NCBI RefSeq assembly: GCF_006345805.1
Contig: NC_043005.1
Coordinates: 43,834,001-43,898,000 of the forward strand
Length of the DNA stretch: 64,000 nucleotides
Direction of reading: 5' to 3'
Origin: Octopus sinensis
Taxonomy: Eukaryota
The first letter of the stretch is position 1. Every line of letters begins with the position of its first letter. Below the pieces are notes generated by a model that saw only the letters and a list, made by a program, of their open reading frames with translations, ran no database searches and was not told the origin of the DNA. Both the position numbers and the translations under genes were made by a program. Positions 50,150-64,000 of this stretch are shown in pieces.

Positions 50150-52148
50150 TATGTTTGTGCATGTGTTGTTGCAAAGTTAATGAAATACATGTTGAAAATA
50201 GACAGAGAAATGTGATAGGGTTGAAATCTAAACCTGAAGGTTTATATAAGGTTTATATAAGATGGATCTAAATTTATGTTAGAGACAGACCAAATTACAA
50301 ATTTGATGAAAGCATATCACCTGAAGGACATTTTTAAAGGAAAACAAACTGGTCAAACAAGTAATTAACTAGAAATGATGGAATATTCCTTGAAACATAT
50401 TGTCCTAAGTGTTAAATAAAACCAGTTATAAAATATGATTGTGCTTATAAAATATTTAAGACTTTTTACATTAAGGCACAGGTGGGCTTTGTATTAAGAA
50501 GTTTGCTTCCCAACGACACAGTTCTAGATTTCAGTCCCACTGCATGGCACCTTGAGCAAGTGTTTTCTACTACATGATTAACTGATCCTCCTGTATTTTC
50601 TTTTAGACAAAGCCAGGAACATTTCAGCACCCCCTCATATTAGCTGAACTTTCCAGCATGGGAGGTCCTAGTGGGAGATTGTGCTCCATTAGCATTTACT
50701 TTCAGGGTCATTGACGCATACAAGCAACAATACCACGACAAGGACTTGAGCTTGTGGTCAGTAATGGATGATATAATGGACCATTACTCAATAAACTTGT
50801 ATGGAATGTATGCCATGTAATCATCTAAGGAGGATCACTCATTCATATTGAAGTTCAGTATAGACATTTTGGTTTCATTGTTTGATCACATTCAAATGTT
50901 TATCCAGTATTGACTGCTATATGAACAAACGGCATCTTATTGATGTTCAGATTGCTTTTCTATGGTTTAGTACTCATCATTCCAAAGCACGTTAAGTCTT
51001 ACTGTTCTGCGTATAAAGACATATTGGGTTATTTTCAAGGCATTGCATTCAATCTTGGATACAAATAAGCTTATCTTCTTTGTGAACGTTTGTATTTTTT
51101 CATATAATTACATTTATTATTTTTTTTATTAAGAAACACAACCTGATAATAAATTGAAAATATATTTAATTGTATAATTTATTATCTTTTTAAAATTACA
51201 TTAATTTATTGAAAAAAAAAAATTAGTATGGTTTCCTGTATGTTTTGATGAATATGTCTTTTCACAAATTATATGCTGACTTTTATATGTTTTTGATCAG
51301 TTTGTCTTCCAACTAATGTGTTTTCTATGAATGTATTTCCAACCTATTTGTCTTTTTGGCAATATGCTTTCAACTAATATTTATTAACATTGAAAATGTT
51401 CTTTTTGAATATGCCTAATCCCTGATAAAACATGTCGTAAGCAATATATTATGTATCTCTTCATGTTCTTGAAGTCAAATGTTGTGCTGTGTATTGTAGG
51501 AAATAGTGTTATTTACATACATGACTTATGAAAAGTGATTCAGCAATTTTCTTTCTTCTCCATCTTGAATGTGTTTTGTAATTCAAAATAGCCAAAAATA
51601 TGTGCACCGCTATGTGCTACTTTTGACAATATGATAATGCTAGAAAGAGTAAGAATGGTCAGCTTGAACAAAGTGCCAGGTCCAAAGATTTTCTTGAAGT
51701 TTGCTTTGCAAAGCTAAAATGGCAACTGGAATAAAAGTCTCTGATTTTTATAAAGCAGATACAAAACTGAAAATGTTACACATCTTTGTAGGGGGGGGGG
51801 AGTGGAGGGGAGAAGAAGAAAATGAATCAGTGGGAGCTGCCAGATATAGATAATGGTGTTAAGGTGCCCTGGTGGCCCCCACAAGGCACACAGCTGAAAA
51901 GAAGTGGGTGAGTGGCTGGTTTGCAAGATTGTATGGGAAGATGAATGAGGGTTGAGGAAGCAGACTTTCAACATGGGTTAGGTTGAAGAGTGAATGAAAC
52001 CAGAATCATGAACTGGGGAGGATAGAGGGATGCAGAAGAGTGGGGATGGCAAGGGGCAGTCAGTGTTTCCTTTTGTTTAGGAATATACTTACCATTCAAA
52101 ATCTTTTACTGAGTGAAGGTATATTTTAATTTTAATTTTTTTTTGGTG

Positions 52149-52286
52149 TTAACCTTTAGCATGCTGAAGGCAAATTATGTCACTGTATGAGTTTTCTCTC
52201 CTGTAGCTGCAGGTGTATTAAATCATGTTGAGAGGGGAGAAAACTTGTACAGCAACAAGATACACCTTCAGCATGCTAAAGGTTAA
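52149..52286. mobile_element. 138-bp TTAA-ended foldback element
   Basis: TTAACCTTTAGCATGCTGAAGG (52149-52170) is the exact reverse complement of 52265-52286. An inner imperfect inverted repeat is also present. Confidence 0.65.
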
Positions 52287-54716
52287 TATAAAACAGCAGT
52301 TCATGGTAGATAAGAGAAACAAAGAATTTGTATTCAATATCATAAAGTGTTTGGCATTTGGAAGGGCCTCAGCTGTAAAAACCATGTCAAAACTGACCTC
52401 ACCTGTGCTTGTTCCACTTGAAAAGCACTCTGTCCACTCTGTGGGGTGGTTGGTGTTATGAAGGGCATTCAGTAGTAAAAACCATGCCAAAACAGACACA
52501 GAAGTCTGGTGCCGGCTCCTGCCTGACCATCTCCTGCCAAACTGTCCAACCCATGCCAGCATAGAAGGCAGACATTAAATGATGATGATGATCACATATT
52601 CAGTAAAGTCAGTGGGCTGGATGGAATAAAGCTATGGGCTGTACTTTACCAACCCCTGTGTTATGTTTTTTGCAATGATTTCCTAGCTGGTCGGAGCAGA
52701 TTCATGTCAAAGAGTAATGACCTACTAGACTGCTGTCCTGGTAATATCATATGTAGATGAAGGGACACCACAATGAACGTCGTGTGTCAATGTCCGAGTT
52801 CCGCTGGACCACAGAGAACCTCATGACAGAGACTCCTCCCCCATGCATTCCAGCTGACCACCATTTATATCATTCCAGTTCCTGTTATGGGCTGTTAACA
52901 ATGTCCAGCTAGGGAGATAACTGTCTATTGAAAAAATGGGAAAAAAAAATAGAGAGCATCTCAGAACATCACAGTGGTTAGGAAATACTGAAATGTATTT
53001 GGTTTTCAGACTGAGCAGAAAGTAATATACATTATGCAGATTCAGTGTCCATAGGTCTTCAGTACAAATTCACAATATTGTTCCAAAGTTCAGCTTGTGG
53101 ACATATGTAGTTATTATTTAAATGCTAACATGGGAGCCTTGTTTCTGAGAAAATAGTTGTTTTGTTATCAGTGAAATTTACAGAATAAGAACATTATAAG
53201 CACACAAACACAGACATGTATGTGTAAGTGAACACTCGTTTTCTATACTTTCTTCTATTTGTATCTTGTCATTCATTCATTCACAAGACTTTCTTGAAGG
53301 ACCTGATTTAACTTTTATGTATGTATGCATGTATGTGTTGTATGACTGTACTGTGTAACTGATTTCGGTGAAGTAGAATACCCCCTTTGAGTTGAGTTGA
53401 GATGAAAGCATCATTGAAGATGTGTGAATGGTTTTCTATTAGCAGTATTTTGCATTTTGCGTTAATAAGGTGCTTTTCAGCAGAATTAAAAGTGGTATTT
53501 CTGCAAATGTGGAGGTTGACTACTTTTCTTCATGCATCTTTGCTACATTGAAGATGCAGATGCTGCAGGCCATACTATTGTGTTCTTTTGGTTTACGTTT
53601 TAGGAAATATTTTGGTTTACTGCACAGCAATAACACTCGGATAATATGGCTTTAAGATATATTTTTAAGGATTGACAGTTTTCTTCTTTTGTATCAAGCT
53701 TTCAACTGGATTTAGTAAAAGCTTTAGTTTTCAGCCCAGCGTTTTCACATGAACATTTTAAGTTTGAATGCAAGCTGTAAACTTGATTTTTATTAATGTT
53801 TATTTTCCGCTCTTTATCTCATCAACAATAGTACCTATGGTGTTGGAAGTCAAAATTGAAGTTCTATTAAATCAACAATTGGTTTTGATAGTTCTAGCTG
53901 AAATAAAATATAGTGCTTTGATTGTTGTGTTTATTTTTTTATGTTATAGAATGAAAGGTAGAAATATTACTATCAGTACTTCAGTACTGAAAAACACTTA
54001 AATGCATTCTAATGTAATATTGCGTCATGCTCTAGATGGCACAGTGACTGAGGGCACCAAATTAAATGGCTGAAGGTTTAGTTTAGTAGCTTCATAATCA
54101 TTGTGACCATTTGTTGTTATGTTGCTTAAGCATTTGGTTAAAACATTGCTAAGATTGTCTGAGTAGCAAGTAAGTTATTTGAATTACAGAGGAAATTTAC
54201 CTGTGATAAAATCTCTTCCTGTTTCAATGAAAGTTTGTCCCTAATCTGCTTAATGCTACAACATCCAGAAAAAAGTACTGCCCTTGTAAGGCCCCTAGGC
54301 TGTATTGAGGCATTTCTTAAATTGTGTGAGTGCAGAGGGACTAAATTGTGAAGAAATGGTCTCAGATTGACTGATGCCTTCATCATCATCTTTGATTTTT
54401 CTATGCTTGCATGGGTCAGACAGAATTTGTTGAGGCAGATTTTCTTTAGCTGGATGCCCTTCCTGTCACCAACTTTCTGTTTCCAAGTGAGATAATATTC
54501 CCCATGAGACAAGTTTTCGTGGAACATTGGAAATGGATTTGGCTTGCATGATGGTGACATTTATTTACAACAATCACATGAAATCAAGGCAGGGAGACAA
54601 TAGGCCCAACCCATATACTGTGTAGTCAACAAAATCAAAAACAAACAATGTGCATGAACAAAATTAAGAATATAAAATGTTGACAATTTACCCATTGCAC
54701 TCTGTATATATACACA

Positions 54717-55255
54717 TGCGGGGAAGAGGTAGACCCAGAAAGACATGGGATGAGGTGGTGAAGCATGGTCTTCGAATGTTGGGCATCACAGAGGCAAGAC
54801 AAGTGGCCAAGCCCCTTGGCGATATGCCATGCTCGAGAAGACCCATCAAGCCAAGTGAAATCGCCATGGTGGTGAATGTCGTGTAACTGGCAATTGTGCC
54901 GATGGCATGCAAGAAGCACCCTTTGAATGTTGGGCAATATGCTATGCTTGAGAAGACCCATCAAGCCAAGTGAAATCATAGTTATGGTCAATGCCAGTGT
55001 TGTGTAACTGTCACATAAAAAGCACCCTTCGAATTTCGGGCCTCATGGGGGCAGTGACAAGTGACTGAGACTGGAAAGACCAGTCAAGCCAAGTAAGATC
55101 GCAGTCGTGGCTGATACTGGTGTTTTGTGATTGTAGAAAGCATACCGAAACAGATTGGAACCTGGTGCAACTCCCCAGCTCACCAGTTTTCAGTCACAAA
55201 CCATCCAGCCCATGCCAGCATGGAAAATGGATGTTAAATGAAGAGGATGATGACA
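54717..55255 (+). mobile_element. RTE LINE 3' end with internal ~117-bp duplications
   Basis: GRGRPRKTWDEVVKHGL, GAGAAGACCCATCAAGCCAAGTGAAATC repeated, and a (GAT)-type tail. Confidence 0.8.
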
Positions 55256-55399
55256 CACACATACATATATATAATTCCTTTTTATAACAATGGATCTCAA
55301 ATCACATAAAGCTATAAATGATAGCATATAAATATTGGATGCCAAAAAAAAATTAAAACCCACAAATTATATTATATTCATTATGTAATTATACTCATT

Positions 55400-55482
55400 A
55401 GCTTACAACTGTTTCGGCTAAGAGAAGAAACCAGTACTGAGTATTGAATACAGTTTTGTATTCTCGTAGCCTTCTAGGAGCT
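55400..55482 (-). ncRNA. Degenerate hammerhead-like motif
   Basis: AGCT-CCTAGAA-GGCTA...TAGCC-GAAAC-AGTT-GTA-AGCT. Stems I-III, GAAAC and the GUA site are present, but the CUGANGA box is corrupted. Confidence 0.45.
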
Positions 55483-56104
55483 AGAAGAATACTTGTTTAT
55501 TAAGAAACACATTAAATATGTAGATACACACATACATATATATATATATATACATCATATGCATGCACATTTGTACTTTGTGACCCCAATCTGCAAAGTA
55601 TTATTAGTTTAATAGGAAACATTTTACTGATAAGTGGAATATTCAGAGACAACTGGAATTTAATTCATAATCAAGACAAAGATTCAAATCAAATAGGTCA
55701 CACTTAACGTTGGCAGCATTTGCCAGTCTTAAGATAATCATACCCATATAAATGCAATTAGAACACACACACACACACACACACACATGCAAATATACAG
55801 GCACAGTCATGTACATACACATATACATAGGTAGAAATGTATCAACAGATGAGTGCCTATAGACACTTAGATACAATTAGATACATACATACACTTGTGT
55901 ACAAATGCACATACATATAGAGATATAGAGACAGGTACAATGAAACTGATACAATCAAAAATATAAAAGTATTATACATACACACACACACACACATGTA
56001 TGTATATCATCATCATGTAATGTCTGCCTTCCATGTCGGCATGGACTGGACAGTTAGGCAGGATCTGATTAGTTGGAGGAATGAACAATGTGGCAATATT
56101 TGCT

Positions 56105-56335
56105 TTAACCCTTTCATTACCAACCCGGCTGAAACTGGCTATGGCTCTGTAGTACAAATGTCTTGTTTTTTCATAAGTTTTGAATTAAAATCTTCCATCA
56201 AACCTTAGTCCCAATTTATGTTCCCAACACTAGCTTAATGATAACGAAGTTATTTTACTAAATTCTTTGTTATATTTAAAATAATTGAGAGAAACACAGA
56301 GCATCTCAAAATAAATACAGTAATGAAAGGGTTAT
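56105..56335. mobile_element. Complete TTAA-type MITE
   Basis: TTAACCCTTTCATTAC / GTAATGAAAGGGTTA terminal inverted repeats. Confidence 0.75.
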
Positions 56336-57199
56336 CATGGTTTCCATGGTTGGGTACCTTTCTTAGCACCAACCATTTTACAATGTATACTGGTAGAGGG
56401 TGGGGTGTTCTTTTAAAAAAAAAGTTTTACATTTTGTCCTTGGTCATCTCCTTCATTAAGTTTCATCCCAGTGTAATCCATCCTAAATCTGACATTGAAT
56501 TCTTAATGTTACGGTACAAATGCCAAATGTTTATACCATGATGGATTTTGAGCTGCTTCTCTGATTTATGCTTCCTGCAATGGACATTTGATTATCATGA
56601 TCTTACACAGTTAGGTGCCCAAACATTGGTTGCATATGTAGAGCTTACAGAAAGATACTTCGATGCTGCTAATTTTAATTGGGGAAGTTGAAGGGGACAG
56701 CTTTGATATGTTGTGGTGCCTCATTTGGGGATTTGTACTGCTTTCAATATTAATGTTTTGTGTCAGTACTCCCAAAACCTTTCAGTTGTAAATTATTGCA
56801 TTTCTCTCTTTCTTCTCTTTAGGGAATAAGTAGTATTACAATATTTCAACTTCCCTCACCAATTAACCTGTTCATATAAGAGGTGTTTTTGTGTTGGACC
56901 ATGCTTTTACAAATTCTGATTTTGGGATTGAAGATGTCTTTGATTGTGTATCCAGTTTGTTTGGTGGGCGGGCTGATAACAAAATGATTGAAATCTTTTC
57001 ATCTGCTAACCTGTATATGGCATCAAGTTCTTCTGTTTGTTTTCTAGCACCATTCATATTATTTATCTTTGATGTCTTCAAAATGATCTTCATTGAAAGT
57101 GAAGGTAGCTATTCTGATAGCTGAGATATGTCTGAGAGAGCTATTTCAAACAGTATTCAAACACACACACACACACACACACACACATGCAAATGTGTG

Positions 57200-57490
57200 A
57201 GCGATAGGTGACTGTGGTAAGTAGCTTGCTTACCAAACCACATGGTCCCGAGTTCAGTCCTACTGTGTGGCACCTTGGGCAAATGTCTTCTGCTATAGCC
57301 TTCAGCCAACCAAAGCCTTGTGAGTGGATTTGGAAGATGGAAACTGAAAGAAGCCTAGCATCATCATTGTCGTTTAACGTCCGCTTTCCATGCTGGCATG
57401 GGTTGGACGGTTTGACTGAGGACTGGCAATCCAGAAGGCTGCACCAGGCTCCAATCTGATCTGGTAAAGTTTCTGCAGCTGGATGCCCTT

Positions 57491-57526
<36 letters not shown>

Positions 57527-58130
57527 TATGTGTCTGAGTTTGTCCCCCCCCACTATTGCTTGACAACCGATGTTGGTGTGTTTACGTCCCCATAACTTAG
57601 TGGTTCAGCAAAAGAGACTGATGGAATAAGTCCTGGGGTTGATTTGTTTGACTAAAGGCGGTGCTCCAGCATGGCTGCAGTCAAATAACTGAAACATATA
57701 AAAAAAGAATAAAAGAATCATTTAACATCTGTTTTCCATGCTGGCATGGGTTGGCTGATTTGACAGGCACTTGCAAGCCACAGAACTGCACCAGTCTCCA
57801 ATCGTCTATTTTGGCATGGTTTTTATGGCTGGATACCCTTTCTATCATCAACCACACTGTACAGTTCATATAAATATATCATTTATCCGTTATTTTTTAC
57901 TAGTTTCAGCCACTAGACTGCAGCTGTTTGTCTGTTTTGGCTTGCTTTCTATGGCTGGATACCAATCCCTAATGCCAGCCGCTTCACAGAGTGTACTGGG
58001 TGTTTTTTTATACATGACACCTGTATGGGTGCTTTATAAGTAGCACCAGCACAGTTGTTTTTTACATGGCACCAGCGCAGGTGCCCTTTACATAGCACCA
58101 ACACAGATGCTTTTTACATGACAACATCAT
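57200..58130. mobile_element. SINE A (+, 57200-57710) split by an RTE 3' end (-, 57358-57493), followed by another RTE 3' end (-, 57715-58130)
   Basis: Family motifs and nesting are visible directly. Confidence 0.8.
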
Positions 58131-59714
58131 GGTGTGGCACCTGCACAGTGTGGCACCTTCCTATATAAAAATATTCCAACTTTAGTTTTTAGAAGTCTTT
58201 CAATCAACAGACAGTAAAAATCTGTTCTTGCTGGATTCCATCATTACTGAAGGCTAGAGTTTCTTTTTTATTTGTTCATTTTAAAAACTTTTTATACCTT
58301 GCATGTCAGTGAAAGCTGTCTCATTTCACAGGTGGTCAATTACATTCTGTCTGTCATGTCATTGACCAGTAGAGAATATATGTATATTTTTAGTTCAATA
58401 CACAGCTTTTATTACACATTTTATCACCTGTCTTCTAGTTTGACTGCCACTAGTTTCGGCTGAACTTATTTTGTTTGTAAGTAATCAACAACTAACATAA
58501 CTGAAATGAAATTTGCTTCCTGAAGACTCAGAAGGACTAACTAAAGCTTAATTGTTAATTACTTCACCATATAATAATTAACTTTCATTTATCAACATTT
58601 GTCCTTTTCCTAGCCATTGGCCATAATGTTGTTGTCACTCCTCTTATTGGGTTATCTTCATTTGGTTCCAGGCACGAGGATGATTAACGTTTCTACCAAA
58701 TTCTTTCACTTTACTATCTTCCATGATTTTTCTATTATTATTAAAAATGGTTTTATCCATTGTTATTTCATTCACTATTAAAGGGACTGCTTTAGAAATA
58801 GCTATTTTCTCGCCTGAAAGAAATCCAGTCTGCAACAAACGAGCTTTTCTTAATGTTATTTTTACTCTTGGTTTTGTTGTTTACTAGATTAAAAGTTGTA
58901 AATTATTTTCCTTGTTTTTGCATCATGTGAAAATATTCATATGTCTCTCTTTTCTATTTCAAACACTATGGTTCATAACTTGATTTGACTAGTAAATTTT
59001 ATATAATTGATATATAAAACCGAGATGCTTCATTTCTGTAACAATTTCTTGCATCTTTAGTTTGGTGATTAATGTTCAGTTTTCTATTTTTATTTGTGAG
59101 CTGTCACTTTGATTACTGAACATTGGTAACATTCTTCTAAAAGCAGAATATGCTCAGTAGGAAAAAAAATTAAATCACTGTGACATCTAAGTAATGTAAA
59201 CTGGGACTATTTCTGCAAATCGTGCTTTTATCTATAATTACATACACACATACATATACAAACTCATAGATATATTTCCTTTAGAGAGATATAAAATTTA
59301 TATTTCCTTTATAGAGATATAAAATTTATCAAGAAAATAATTTGAGTTGTTTGTAGTTATATAAGATTATTTCTTCTCGTTTTGTTTTTAATGTAATAGA
59401 TTGTGGTAAAGAATGTGTTTTAAGTGTTGGAAAGCGGTTCTGTGTTACAATGAAATTAATTCATGTTTAACAAGTTAGTATTATCTTTGTCTCTAGCAAA
59501 TGAAAATGCTTATACATCTGCTCCCTCAATCGAAATCTGGCTTGAGAGCTGTTAGACATGCTAGGTGTGTCACATGTCCAGTGTTAATGTAAAAGTCAAA
59601 CCTTCTATAAATTTTAGAATTAACAATGATTTACATATTCCTGTGTATATGTGTTATTAAAACGAAGCCAAAGGTGTTGGTAGTTGTAATTCATCCAGTT
59701 TTGAAAACAAAGCT

Positions 59715-60094
59715 TAGGACTGGCTGTGTGGTAAGAAGTTTGCTTCCCAACCAAATGGTTCGGGGTTCAGTCTCACTGCATGGCACCTTGGGCAAGTGTC
59801 TTCTACTAAAGCCTTGTGCTAACCAAAGCTTTGTAAGTGGATTTAGTAGATGGAAACTAAAAGAGGCCCATTGAATATATGCATGTGTATGTCTGTCTGA
59901 CTCCTCTCCCTTCACATGCTTGACAACTGAAGTTGGTGTGTTTATGTCCCCATAACTTAACAGTTCAGCAAAAGAAACTGATAAAGCAACAAGCTTTACA
60001 AATATACACACACACACATATATATAATATAAATAATATGTATATATATGCATATAAACATACATTTATGTACATACCTACATATGTGTACATA

Positions 60095-60132
<38 letters not shown>

Positions 60133-60292
60133 TATGTGTATATATACATGCATATATGGGTACAAGACATGCTCTCATTTCTCATTCTGTCTCACTTTTT
60201 TGAGGTCCTGTACCCATATATGCATATATTTATATATTATTTATATTATTATATGATCGAATTCCATGCATCCTTTTCGAAGTAAACTTTGT

Positions 60293-60350
<58 letters not shown>

Positions 60351-60460
60351 TATATACACACACACACATATGAAGTACTGGAATTGACTTGAAATTCTTC
60401 AAGGCAGTACCCCAGCGTGGCCACAATCTAATGACTGAAACAAGTATAAGTTAAAAGATA
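59715..60460 (+). mobile_element. SINE A (59715-59990 and 60370-60460) separated by an expanded microsatellite region
   Basis: Head and CORE-like box, then tail CCCCAGCGTGGCCACAATCTAATGACTGAAACAAG. Confidence 0.7.
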
Positions 60461-62513
60461 ATAAAAATCAGTATTCAGCAATTCCTGCTTTACAAAATGC
60501 ATCTTCCATTACAACTTCCATGTTTGATGTCCAATTTTGAAATATTTTATCTATGGAGGTGATTGAATTCTTTAATTACAGTTTCAGACTATTTTGTTCA
60601 TAACTGAACTCAGTTTGTCAAATTAACTGGCCGATGACATAATTACGGCATATGGAGATTCCTTTTCTTGTTTAAATGCAGATCTTCTCTCTAAATATAC
60701 CAGGTGTTAGAACAATGGGTTTTCCGTGAATCCATGTCTTGAACTTGCTTGCTGTGTCAGTTTCATTTATTACTCATATTTTCTAGTTATTTATAGTTTA
60801 AAATTTACTTTAGATTCCAGTTGGGAAAAGTAAATATTAGTTTGTTTTGTTTTGTTTGTTTGTTTTTTTTTGTTTTAATGTAGACTCTGGCAAGAAGACC
60901 ATATTATGAAAGTGAGATCAGCATTTAATCAGTTGTGTTTCTAATGCTGACATTAACTGGGTAAAACCAATGGCTTTCACTCTACTTAGCTGTATCTCAT
61001 TTCAGATTCTCTTTTGATGTCCAAAATGTTTGATATGTACTCTCAATTTCTACTAGCTTTCCTTGTAGCCATAAAATATCTTTTTTGTCTTTTAATATTT
61101 ATTCTGTCAGAGAAAAAAAAAAAACCAACAAAAATACAGGCTGAAAAAAAAAAGACCCCCCCTCCCTCCCGAACAATCTCTTTGATCCTTTTCAAAGTCC
61201 TACTATCTCAGCTTCCATTGCTCATCGTCTTGCATAATTTTCATCTTGCTTTGTTTCAGCAGTAATGGGTTCCATACTTTCTATTGTCCATGAAACACAA
61301 TATTTCTGCCAGATGTATCATATAGATTACTGCTACACAAACATAATCCATTTGTTTTGAAGTTTTCTAAATGTCTGACAGTCAATACAGGTTCTACTTC
61401 ATTTACTGTTGTTGCTTTTTGTCATTTTGTTGCTTAATTTCACTTCCCCATCACAACATATTGTATCCTACCAATTTCCAAGCGAGTACTGTTTATTTTA
61501 TGCATGCATTGACAATAGATGTTAAAATCATCTCTATAATCTATATCATTATTTTCTCTAACTTACTAATAAAAATCATTGATAAAATGATTATTATCTT
61601 TTAAAATTATTTTTATCAGTTTTTCTCCTTGTAGGATTGGTTCAAACAAGTCTAGCCATCCTCTTATGGCTGCACTTGTTTGAAACTTGTTAGACTTGTT
61701 TTGACAGCTTGCCCAATAGAGACTATTTCTATTATAATGATGAAAACCATTTAATAGTAGTACAGACAGTGTTAATTGTTTAAAAATAATATATCTATAG
61801 TTTGAATATTTTCAAAACATACGAATTATGTTGAGTTTGTGTTGCTGTTGAGCAATCTCATTCAGTTCGGTTTGATTAATTACTTCTTTGCTAAAGCTCT
61901 GTTCAAATTCATTGAAATGACTTTATCATATCCAGCCCACCAGACAGATAATGATTCACTCTTGTACATACATTGTTACATTACATAATGTAATACAGTC
62001 AAGGTATTCAGCTTCAAGTACTCTCATCTTTCGTACTCCTTCTGGGGAGTATGATCCTCTATTTTCTTAGCCCTTTAGTATTTAAGCCAGCCATATCGAG
62101 CCCAAATATTCTACTTGTTTTATGCTCAAACTGGCCAGATTTGGTCTCTTATATCTACCCTGCAATGTCATTCTAATAGTATTCGATCACATCATCAAAA
62201 TCTCAGAGCCATGAGGAAAAGTATACTTAATTCAAAATATTGTGAATAAACAAGTATTATATTTGACAATAATCTGAATGCTAATTAGTTAGGTGAGGCA
62301 AAGATCAGTGCTGAAACGAGTGAAGAACTCCAAAGACAACTAATTATTAATAAAAAGAATAATCTAGCGCTGTCATGGGCAGACTGTGGGTCACATATGG
62401 CCCACTGGACTTACTGAATGGCATGCCTAATGAAAAATTACCTTGAATGTTTTTTAGTAGTGCAGCCACTTGATGTTGAGTTGCATCTCCTGCATCCGCA
62501 TCTCAAAACATGT

Positions 62514-62571
<58 letters not shown>

Positions 62572-62578
62572 AACAACA

Positions 62579-62672
62579 TATAAACAAGGGCAATAGAAAA
62601 ATTATTTCAATGCCAATATGCTGAGAACAGCATATTCTCAGCGAAATAATCTTTCTATTGCCCTTGTTTATA
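62579..62672. repeat. (TA)n-adjacent nested hairpin
   Basis: Outer arms TATAAACAAGGGCAATAGAAAAATTATTTC / GAAATAATCTTTCTATTGCCCTTGTTTATA; inner arms GCTGAGAA / TTCTCAGC. Confidence 0.7.
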
Positions 62673-62746
62673 ATTTTAAACTTTATAGGTATTTTAATAT
62701 GCTGCCAGGTTTGATGAAATTTTTTCTGAAAAAAATTTTTTATCCT

Positions 62747-62785
<39 letters not shown>

Positions 62786-62979
62786 TATATATATATATAT
62801 ATATATATATTTTGTTTGTTTTCTCATGGTCATTAAAAGAAGGGGAGACAAATATGAAGTAATTTTCTTATGACATTATAATTGGTTGTTATTTATCTTC
62901 AGGGCAGCTTTGATTGAAGAGATGAATGATCAAGGGAATTTTAACCAAGACCACCTAGCTTTTTGGGGGTTTTTTAAAA

Positions 62980-63320
62980 AAAATTTTCGTGTTCCACTGT
63001 GTGACACTTTGGGCAAGTATCTTCAACAGCTGCAGATCGACCAAAAGCTTATCAGTGGATTCAGTAGACAGAAATTGAAAGAAGCTCATCATATGTATGT
63101 GCGTGTCTGTTTGTTCACCACCACCACTATTTGGCAACCAGTGTTGGTGTATTTATGTCCTCATAACTTTGCATTTCACCAAAAGAAACCAATAAATTAA
63201 GTACCAATGCTTAAAAATAAATAAATACTGGGCTCGATATATTCGACTAAAAATTCTTCAAGGCAGTGCCCCAGCATGGCTGCAGTCTAATGATTGAAAC
63301 AAGTAAAAGATGAAAGATAT
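62980..63320 (+). mobile_element. SINE family A
   Basis: CORE-like box, and tail GCAGTGCCCCAGCATGGCTGCAGTCTAATGATTGAAACAAGTAAAAGA. Confidence 0.8.
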
Positions 63321-64000
63321 CTAGGACTACATTGTCCAATGTAGTTGAACAATATGGCCCTGAAAGGTTAGGATGTGATTTAAACAAGATGTAGCTGCTA
63401 TATCTAATTGGTTGAGCAATGCACAGAAGCTCCCTTGTTGAAGTACTGATATTGTGTTTAGTATTACTAATCTGTACACTCTCAACCACTTCTTAGAATA
63501 TTTCCTGAGATCATCTATTTGTTATGACAACATTAATTTTCGTTGCACATTATGAAATGTGCCATAGGAAATATACAATAGTCATGTTACTTTGCAAGAA
63601 TTTTAACATTTACACAACTTAAATTTTCTTTTTCTCATCTTTTTTTTCTTCTTTATAGCGAAAGTGTTGTTGAATAAAAAGATACCTAAATTGTTAAAAA
63701 AAAAAGATATTACATTTACATCAGTTGTGTTTTGATAATAGCCTTCAGTACTTATAAAATGTCATTAACGAATTCATCGTCTCTTGCACTTCTCCACCTT
63801 TTCTGGCAGCAATTATGGTATCGCAGAGTTAAATTGGTGACTATGATTGTCATATTTTTAAAGATTTATCCAAATACAAAACTAGTTGATATAATATTGC
63901 TAAACCAAAGAATGGTACACAATCCTTGCCCCAGATATTTTGATTTTTATCTTGTCTGATACAATTTATGTATCTGTGATATTTTAGACTGTAGATTGTG

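Noticed and set aside
50365-50415. GGAATATTCC-TT-GAAACATATTGTC hammerhead-like fragment
   Set aside because: The 5' core is unrecognisable (AAATGAT); too degraded to support a call.
52690-52915. CpG-containing non-repeat block with a 52-codon plus-strand frame
   Set aside because: No family recognised and the acceptor context is weak; left uncalled.
56872-57093. Protein-looking minus-strand ORFs here and at 58644-58838
   Set aside because: No recognisable motifs and no consistent exon phases. Short ORFs of this size are expected by chance; could be UTR or decayed sequence.
57658-57705. SINE A tail CAGTC-AAAT-(G)ACT-GAAAC resembling the 3' half of a hammerhead
   Set aside because: No upstream CUGANGA box or stem I in any copy; better explained as the LINE-derived recognition stem-loop.

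Overview
AT-rich, repeat-dominated animal genomic DNA. The repeat complement (tRNA-headed SINEs, (GAT)n-tailed RTE 3' ends, TTAA-ended MITEs, abundant (TA)n/(TG)n tracts) looks like an octopod cephalopod; this is my recollection of these families, not a database result. I found no intact host protein-coding gene, rRNA, true tRNA or CRISPR array. All recognisable coding material is decayed transposon sequence: three Penelope-like (RT/GIY-YIG) remnants, RTE, CR1 and R4/Dong-like LINEs, two Ty3/Gypsy pol remnants, and mariner and maT transposases. Main points of interest: (i) a minimal hammerhead ribozyme inside a (TA)n-flanked palindrome at 20782-21004, plus a decayed relative at 55400-55482; (ii) three SINEs that each carry a 130-160 bp insertion copied from sequence 0.4-3.1 kb away; (iii) a 3' stem-loop shared by a CR1 LINE and the dominant SINE, with compensatory changes; (iv) a CpG-retaining, repeat-poor island at about 27-28 kb with adjacent ETS and ZNF143/Staf motifs, probably a promoter. 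Element boundaries are read by eye and are approximate unless exact motifs are quoted.
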